The notes under the pieces: generated by a model | The model's database searches: none | Told to the model about the DNA's origin: nothing | Seen by the model: the letters and a program-made list of their open reading frames with translations, nothing else | Program-made: the position numbers and the translations under genes | Shown here: positions 58,133 through 64,000 of the stretch, piece after piece | Position numbering within the stretch: position 1 is the stretch's first letter | How the letters are laid out: each line of letters starts with the position of its first letter | From: Phycisphaerae bacterium | Lineage (GTDB): Bacteria > Planctomycetota > Phycisphaerae > UBA1845 | Length of the DNA: 64,000 nt | Assembly (NCBI GenBank): GCA_963666835.2 | Contig: CAXXGO010000001.1 | Coordinates: forward strand, 1,248,001 to 1,312,000 | Direction of reading: 5' to 3'

Positions 58133-59980
58133 ATGCGGAAACGGTGGGGCGCTGCGATGCGGCGGATTCCGGGCGTGGTTCTTGCCGTCGTTGTGGTCAT
58201 CTCGGCAGCGGGCTGCACGTCGACGTCGAGCTCGGCAGCGCGTTTTCAAACACACGTTGACATCCTGGCTCACGATGACATGGGCGGACGCGGGTTGGGG
58301 TCTCCGGGCATTGAACGGGCCGCAGCGTACATTGCCGCTGAGTTCGAGGCGGTTGGGGTGGAGCCTGCCGGGGACTCCGGTACGTACTTCCAGGCCTTTC
58401 CCGTTACGTTGCAGCGGGAGCTGACCGACCGTAGTCACCTCAAGGCCGGTACGAACGCGGCCGGTTGGGAGCAGGGGGTCGATTTCATGCCGCTCAGTTT
58501 TTCCTCCGGCGAGGAGTTTGACGGCGGCGTGGTGTTCTGCGGATACGGGATCGTGGCCCCCGAGAAGGAGCACGACGATTTCGCCGGGGTTGATGTGGAT
58601 GGTCGGGTTGCGCTGATTCTCCGCGGGGAGCCGGTATCGTGGGCGGATGAAGAGGGGGATATGACCCGGTTCGCCATGCTCCGGGACAAGGTCTACAACG
58701 CCAAGGACGGCGGGGCGGTGGCGGTTCTGATTGTCAACCAAAGACCCGAACCCGACGAGCCCGATGAGTTGATCGCTTTCAGGCCGGACAGTGCCGAGGA
58801 GTACGGTATACCGGCGTTTCACATCACCCGGAAGGCGGCCGATGCTCTGCTCGAGCGTGCGGGCCTCGATTCGCTTGACGACCTTCAGACGAAGCTTGAC
58901 CACGGTGACAACGTCTCGGCAGCATTAAGGATGGTCGCCGTCAGCGGGCAGGCCGTGTTCGAGAGAAAAAGCGCGCTTACGAAAAACGTGGTTGGAATCA
59001 TTCGCGGCGAGGGACCGCTGGCCGAGGAGTGTGTGGTGATCGGGGCACACTACGATCATCTTGGATTCCGCGTTCCGATGATGCGCAAGTTCAAGGGCGG
59101 TAAGCTCGTTAAGGAGGCCGCCGAGCCGCAGATCCACAACGGTGCCGATGACAATGCGTCCGGAGTCAGCGGGCTCATCGAGATCGCCCGCATGTTTTCT
59201 GAAGGTGAGACTCCGCAGCGCAGTATCGTGTTCGTCTCTTTCACCGGGGAAGAGGCCGGCATCTACGGCAGCAAACATTACGTCGATCACCCGGTGTTTC
59301 CACTCGAAAAGACGGTGGCCATGTTGAACATGGACATGATCGGTCGGATGAAGCGCGGGGCGCGGGAAGTGCAGGTGTTCGGAGTGGAATGCGGCGACAG
59401 CTTCGCGGAGATCCTCAAGTCCGCTGCCGCTCATAGTGGCATAAAAGTGTCACCTATTGCGGATCCCGGCGGGGCGAGTGATCATGCCCCGTTCGTGTAC
59501 CACGATATTCCGGCGTTGCACTTCTTCACCGGGCACCACAGCGACTACCACAAGCCCAGCGACGACAGCGATAAGATCAATGCCGCCGGCGGAATCAGGG
59601 TCGCCCGAGTTGTCTATCACACGGCCCGGGAGCTGGCGACGCGCGAGACCCGCCCCGAGTTTCACGTAGTTCGATCCAAGAAGAAACGCGACCCGGACGC
59701 CATGCCGAACTATCGCGTGGTCATGGGAATAGCGCCGAACTTCGTCGAGAACGAGCTGCCCGGAATGGGAGTGGACGGGGTGAACCCGGACGGTCCCGCA
59801 GATCTGGCTGGGCTCAAGCCCGGTGATCGCATCATCCGCATGAACGGCAAGGACGTGGCCAACATCTACGATTACATGGCCTCCACCCGCGGCAACAAGC
59901 CGGGGGACGCTATTGAGGTAGTTGTCATGCGCGACGGCAAGGAGCTTACTTTCCAGGTAGTGCTTGCTTCGGCGAAGTAG
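58133..59980 (+). CDS. M28 family peptidase with PA and PDZ domains (lipoprotein)
   Basis: SAAGC lipobox; GAHYDHLG, GADDNASG, GEEAG, NMDMIG, SDH, YHKPSD; C-terminal PDZ. Confidence 0.93.
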   Translation: MRKRWGAAMRRIPGVVLAVVVVISAAGCTSTSSSAARFQTHVDILAHDDMGGRGLGSPGIERAAAYIAAEFEAVGVEPAGDSGTYFQAFPVTLQRELTDRSHLKAGTNAAGWEQGVDFMPLSFSSGEEFDGGVVFCGYGIVAPEKEHDDFAGVDVDGRVALILRGEPVSWADEEGDMTRFAMLRDKVYNAKDGGAVAVLIVNQRPEPDEPDELIAFRPDSAEEYGIPAFHITRKAADALLERAGLDSLDDLQTKLDHGDNVSAALRMVAVSGQAVFERKSALTKNVVGIIRGEGPLAEECVVIGAHYDHLGFRVPMMRKFKGGKLVKEAAEPQIHNGADDNASGVSGLIEIARMFSEGETPQRSIVFVSFTGEEAGIYGSKHYVDHPVFPLEKTVAMLNMDMIGRMKRGAREVQVFGVECGDSFAEILKSAAAHSGIKVSPIADPGGASDHAPFVYHDIPALHFFTGHHSDYHKPSDDSDKINAAGGIRVARVVYHTARELATRETRPEFHVVRSKKKRDPDAMPNYRVVMGIAPNFVENELPGMGVDGVNPDGPADLAGLKPGDRIIRMNGKDVANIYDYMASTRGNKPGDAIEVVVMRDGKELTFQVVLASAK

Positions 59981-60029
59981 TGGGACGAGCGGCGCGGGGC
60001 GAGGTGTTCATTCTTCGGAAGGCATGCGT

Positions 60030-60731
60030 ATGAATGACGAAGCGGCGTTGCGGGACGAGATCTGCAATATCGGCAAACGTATGTACGCCCGCGGTTTCGT
60101 TGCCGGAAACGACGGGAACGTCTCATGCCGGTTGGCGGATGGTACGGTTCTCTGCAGTCCGACGCTGATCAGTAAGGGCGTTATGGAGCCGGCCGATCTG
60201 GCGGTGGTCGACCTCGACGGCAAACAGCTCTCCGGTTCACGCAAGATCACCAGCGAGATTCGTCTTCATTTAGCCGTGTACCGCGCCGACCCGGCCGTGG
60301 GGGCGGTGGTTCACTGTCATCCCCCGTATGCCACGGCCTTTGGAGTTGCGGGCGTTGATGTGCCAACCGGAATCCTGCCCGAGGCGGAGATCTTCCTCGG
60401 GGCAGTACCGCGCGTGGAGTACGAGACTCCCGGCAGCGAAGCCCTGGCCGCGGCGGTCGCCGGATTTGTTGGGAAAGCCAATGCGGTGATCTTGAGCAAC
60501 CACGGGACGGTGAGTTGGGGGCCGACGTTGGAGCGGGCGTATTGGGGCAGTGAGATTCTCGATTCCTATTGTCGAGTGCTACTGCTGGCCGACCGGCTCG
60601 GGCATGTCGGCCGTCTCCCGGCGGAAAAAGTGAAGGAGCTGCTAGCTCTGCGAGCGAGCTTCGATACCGGGGTGGACCCGCGCTCAACGGGTGAGGCCGA
60701 CCTGTTCGTCAACCCCGACTTCGGGCGGTGA
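60030..60731 (+). CDS. class II aldolase/adducin family protein
   Basis: GNDGNVS, TSEIRLH, HCHPP, NHG. Confidence 0.92.
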   Translation: MNDEAALRDEICNIGKRMYARGFVAGNDGNVSCRLADGTVLCSPTLISKGVMEPADLAVVDLDGKQLSGSRKITSEIRLHLAVYRADPAVGAVVHCHPPYATAFGVAGVDVPTGILPEAEIFLGAVPRVEYETPGSEALAAAVAGFVGKANAVILSNHGTVSWGPTLERAYWGSEILDSYCRVLLLADRLGHVGRLPAEKVKELLALRASFDTGVDPRSTGEADLFVNPDFGR

Positions 60732-60764
60732 GGCGGAGTTGATTGTGAGGCCCGGCGGAGGTTT

Positions 60765-61692
60765 GTAGGGCACGGTCGAGGTACGAGACCTGCCGCCGCC
60801 GGTTCGTTTGCCACGGTCCCGGTTCGTTTGCGACGGAGGTTTCGGATTACGTGGCTGACTTGGGGGCGAGGATCGCGTGTTGAATCGCGGTGGACGCCGC
60901 GGGCTGGGAAGAGCTGTCGCCCCCTGGCGGGGGCTGGAGATGCGGGGTCGGGTGTTGTGAAATCGTTGAGTGGCGCGCGAGGTCGGATGTTGTGAGAACG
61001 TCGCGTGGCCCGGCGAGGTTGCGGCAGGTCTCGTGCCTCGACCTGCCCTACAGGAGTGCCGTATTAGCCCGTCAGGGCGGAAGGTCTTCGAAGCCCGTGG
61101 CGTAAGCCACGGGAACGCGGGCGTTTGGTGAACGAAGCCCCGTCAGGGGCGGCAGATGCGAGGTCGGGTGTTGTGAAACCGTCGCGTGGCCCGGCGAGGT
61201 TGCGGCAGGTCTCGTGCCTCGACCTGCCCTACAGGAGTGCCGTATTAGCCCGTCAGGGCGGAAGGTCTGCGAAGCCCGTGGCGTAAGCCACGGGAACGCG
61301 GGCGTTTGGTGAACGAAGCCCCGCCAGGGGCGGTACTCGGTAAGGACGGCATTCGATATGTCGCATACGTGGCAGCCACGAACGTTCGAGAAAGAGTACG
61401 CGGTGCTGCTCGCGTGGCGCGGCGAGGTTGCGGCAGGTCTCGTGCCTCGACCTGCCCTATAGGAGTGCCGTATTAGCCCGTCAGGGCGGAAGGTCTTCGA
61501 AGCCCGTGGCGTAAGCCACGGGAACGCGGGCGTTTGGTGAACGAAGCCCCGCCAGGGGCGGTACTCGGTAAGGACGGCATTCGATATGTCGCATACGTGG
61601 CAGCCACGAACGTTCGAGAAAGAGTACGCGGTGCTGCTCGCGTGGCGCGGCGAGGTTGCGGCAGGTCTCGTGCCTCGACCTGCCCTACAGGA
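60765..61692. repeat. composite REP/IS200-end tandem array (BIME-like)
   Basis: ~152-bp core at 61001, 61182, 61410 and partial 61638 (periods 181, 228, 228); GTAG REP on minus strand at 61023-61051, 61204-61232, 61432-61460, 61660-61688 and inverted at 60765. Confidence 0.92.
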
Positions 61693-61734
61693 CTTGAGGC
61701 CGCGAGGGACCCGGTTTCGACTAAAGGTGTTGTG

Positions 61735-62148
61735 ATGGCTGATACGGGGATAGGTCATACCGGTGACGAGGTGGGCTGCGAATTTCGCGTGCGTTATGCG
61801 GAATGCGATGCGATGGGTTACCTGCATCACGCCAAGTACTGGGAGTACTTCGAGCACACGCGAACGGAACTGCTACGGAAGAATGGTTTTCGCTATCGTG
61901 ACCTCGAGGCCGCGGGCACGTGTTTCGTCGTGTACAAAGCCGCCTGTAAGTACATCGCCCCGATCCGCTACGACGAGGTGGTTACCGTAACCGCCCGGGT
62001 CGAACGCATCACCCGCACACGGGTGGACCACTCGTACCGGGTCCTCCGCGACGGCAAGCTGCTGACGGAGGCCTCGACCACGCTGGCCTGCGTAGGAACC
62101 GACGGCCGCCCGATCCTCATGCCCGATTCCCTATGGGGTGACGCCTAG
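61735..62148 (+). CDS. acyl-CoA thioesterase (YbgC/FadM hot-dog family)
   Basis: RVRYAECDAMGYLHHAKYWEYFEHTRTE; YIAPIRYDE. Confidence 0.92.
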   Translation: MADTGIGHTGDEVGCEFRVRYAECDAMGYLHHAKYWEYFEHTRTELLRKNGFRYRDLEAAGTCFVVYKAACKYIAPIRYDEVVTVTARVERITRTRVDHSYRVLRDGKLLTEASTTLACVGTDGRPILMPDSLWGDA

Positions 62149-62526
62149 GCGGCACTGCAAACGGGTGGCGTATCGCTTTAGCGGCGGGGGACTCCGCAAT
62201 ACGCCGAAGGCCGGGTGGCCCATGGCTTTGGCCGTGGCGGACTGGCTGGCCGGCCGGCACATCTTCTTGGCGGAGGGGAACTCCTCAATACGCCGAAGAT
62301 AGTGACATATGTCCACCGCGACCGTGTGGCGATCACCGGGGGCTTTGCCCCCAGACCCCCAAGGTTTGTCGCTTGGGAGCCAGAACAGGCCAGGGAGAGC
62401 GAGAGCCCGCCGTGCATGCAGACTCCCGCGCCTGTCCCGGCACTGGTACGAGCGCTCGGGGTGCTCCTCAGCAGAGCCCTGTCCTCTCGACCAGCACACA
62501 CAAGTCTGACGTGCTGTGCCATCGAG

Positions 62527-63300
62527 TCAAGCATGCTGGCCCTCCAACTCATGATCGATCTCCAGGTACTCCTGAACCAGGAAGATGCTGCAACCTAAAG
62601 CATGGGCTGTCTCCTTTGCCGTCAGCCCCTGAAGATGGCAGTGGCGGACGCGATCGTACTGGCCCAGGTAACGATCCACAGCCTCAAGGCTGTGGTACGT
62701 TTCCCGAGCCACTTCGTTAGCCGCTTTGCCTTCTGCGTAATGTTTGAAACAGATGATCCGTTTGTGCGTAAGCCCTGTGCCGACATCGTGGACAGTAGCG
62801 CGACGTGGGACGATCTGACCGGTCTCGCGTTCGTACGCCGCCAACAATCGCGAGACGTCCGACGCATTGACTGCTAACAACTCCGAGAGATCAGAGTTGG
62901 ACAGAACGCCCCCTTGTTCGTACGCCTGTCGGCATAACCTCAAGCTCTTTTGTAAGAGCAACTCTCCACGTCCCTTCTTCTGCAAACGCATCTCGATATC
63001 CTCGAAGGTACTCACGTCCAAGACCACCGGAAGCAGATCGGTATCCTCAATCCGTCGACGCTGACTCGGGGGATCTGCGCTGCTGATCGCCATCCAGAGT
63101 ATCTGACCATGTTGGATATGCTCCTTCGGGAGAACGTGGGCACCGATGACCTCAAGGATCATCTCTGCGCACAGGTTGCGAATCCGTGGGCCGCCTATGC
63201 GTGGAAACTCCGTTTCGATGCGGTGAGCCAACACGTTTCTCAGCGTTTTCGCCTGCAGGGGACTGTATCTTCTGCTGTTGGTGTCTCGCGGCTTACCCAT
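62527..63300 (-). CDS. DUF1670-like protein
   Basis: RLCRQAYEQGGVLSNSDLSELL; VPRRATVHDVGTGLTHKRII; ARETYHSLEAVDRY. Confidence 0.85.
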   Translation of the reverse strand: MGKPRDTNSRRYSPLQAKTLRNVLAHRIETEFPRIGGPRIRNLCAEMILEVIGAHVLPKEHIQHGQILWMAISSADPPSQRRRIEDTDLLPVVLDVSTFEDIEMRLQKKGRGELLLQKSLRLCRQAYEQGGVLSNSDLSELLAVNASDVSRLLAAYERETGQIVPRRATVHDVGTGLTHKRIICFKHYAEGKAANEVARETYHSLEAVDRYLGQYDRVRHCHLQGLTAKETAHALGCSIFLVQEYLEIDHELEGQHA

Positions 63301-64000
63301 CGGATCTTCCCTCTTCACCGAGCTCCTTTTTCCCCCCGCCACAACAACCCAGGCGCATCAGTTCTTCCAGGTGATAGCCCATGTTCTTGTCGACCGCGCA
63401 TTCGTCGAGGAGATCAAGGTACTGTTGTACCAACCGCTTGCCTCTCCGCAGAAGGAAGGCGATTTGCCCGACCTGCATACCTTTCTTTGCCAACTGCGCA
63501 CAACGGGTGAATGTCGAGACGTAGTTCGCTACAGCCGCCGGTGAATGGCGAAGCATGGTGCAGATCTGTGAGGTCGTCTTTCCCTCCAGAGCCAAACGCA
63601 CGATTTGGCTGCGATGAGTCAACACGGGACCAAGATCGTGTACGATTCCTCGCAGAGGAATAAGCACCCCGGGATACGCACTCCGGAGAGCGTTCAAATC
63701 GCGCGTAATGGTTCGTGGCGTAACAAAGAACATCCGGTAGGCCAGATCTTCGCGCGTGAGCAGCCCACCTTGACTCAGGGCTTCTTGGCAAAGCGGTGGG
63801 ATGCGGGCTTGTCGAAAGCCGACCGGCCCCTCCTCCTCCAGAAGTCGATCATCCTCTGCACCTCGGTGGATTGTCAGGCACACGTTCTGCTTCTGGCATT
63901 CGCAGACGGGTTTCCCGGCAGGCTCGTCGGCGTCGACGACGACCAAGCCAATCTTGCCAGGTGGGGCCTTGCCGGCGTGTTCATCGAGGTACGGGAAGTA
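63293..64000 (-). CDS. DUF1670-like protein (5'-partial)
   Basis: LCQEALSQGGLLTREDLA; IPLRGIVHDLGPVLTHRSQIV; HSPAAVANY; frame open to the window end (YFPYLDEHAGKAPPGKIG). Confidence 0.85.
   Translation of the reverse strand, partial: YFPYLDEHAGKAPPGKIGLVVVDADEPAGKPVCECQKQNVCLTIHRGAEDDRLLEEEGPVGFRQARIPPLCQEALSQGGLLTREDLAYRMFFVTPRTITRDLNALRSAYPGVLIPLRGIVHDLGPVLTHRSQIVRLALEGKTTSQICTMLRHSPAAVANYVSTFTRCAQLAKKGMQVGQIAFLLRRGKRLVQQYLDLLDECAVDKNMGYHLEELMRLGCCGGGKKELGEEGRSDG

Larger units (their letters stand above)
62335..64000 (-). mobile_element. probable DUF1670-type mobile element (one end; continues beyond window)
   Basis: Two paralogous overlapping HTH-rich ORFs followed by about 190 nt of structured non-coding sequence ending in ggggctttgcccccagaccccc (plus strand); boundary approximate. 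Confidence 0.55.

Noticed and set aside
57878..58903. 341-aa minus-strand ORF
   Set aside because: Antisense to the M28 peptidase and crosses a terminator
60030..60731. Bacterial microcompartment locus around the class II aldolase
   Set aside because: No shell protein or aldehyde dehydrogenase genes nearby
61001..61692. CRISPR array
   Set aside because: Repeats are ~150 bp, two spacers are identical, and no cas genes are present; fits a REP/IS-end mosaic
61072..61857. 261-aa minus-strand ORF and the 5' extension of the thioesterase ORF (61534-61734)
   Set aside because: Open frames through GC-rich tandem repeats; translations are repetitive with no domain signal
62335..62526. Group II intron remnant
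   Set aside because: No recognisable domain V/VI sequence on either strand and no reverse transcriptase ORF

Overview
GC-rich, gene-dense bacterial chromosomal window. The protein types (acidic Cys-rich secreted proteins with DCN.N.V.D.C motifs, a vWA-ExbB-ExbD-TPR cluster, TMTC-like transferase, IS200-type palindromes) suggest Planctomycetota, probably Phycisphaerae; this is inference. 1-10.7 kb: envelope/signalling locus with a TIR-TM-TPR receptor missed by the ORF track, lipoproteins, a FecR-like acidic protein, a TPR plus outer-membrane barrel and a divergent TPR lipoprotein. 10.8-17.6 kb: TonB-less vWA-TPR-ExbB-ExbD-ExbD-TPR operon. 19.3-25.5 kb: vWA protein, OmpR-type two-component system and a tandem GTTTACA box. 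Then an SDR, an RCK-domain channel, a hydrolase, a Cys-rich surface protein, a tandem SPFH pair, ruvX-manC (frameshifted in a G8 tract)-pcrA, a YknWXYZ-like ABC exporter, a hybrid kinase, a GT2 plus TMTC-like pair, peptidases, an aldolase and a thioesterase. The most unusual non-coding structure is a family of composite palindromic elements at 36.4-36.7, 38.1-38.3 and 60.8-61.7 kb that combine IS200-like left ends, truncated or internally deleted Y1 tnpA mini-ORFs and GTAG-type REPs. The window ends in a probable mobile element with tandem DUF1670-like genes and a structured non-coding end. No rRNA, tRNA or CRISPR array was recognised. All family assignments are by eye from motifs, with no database searches.
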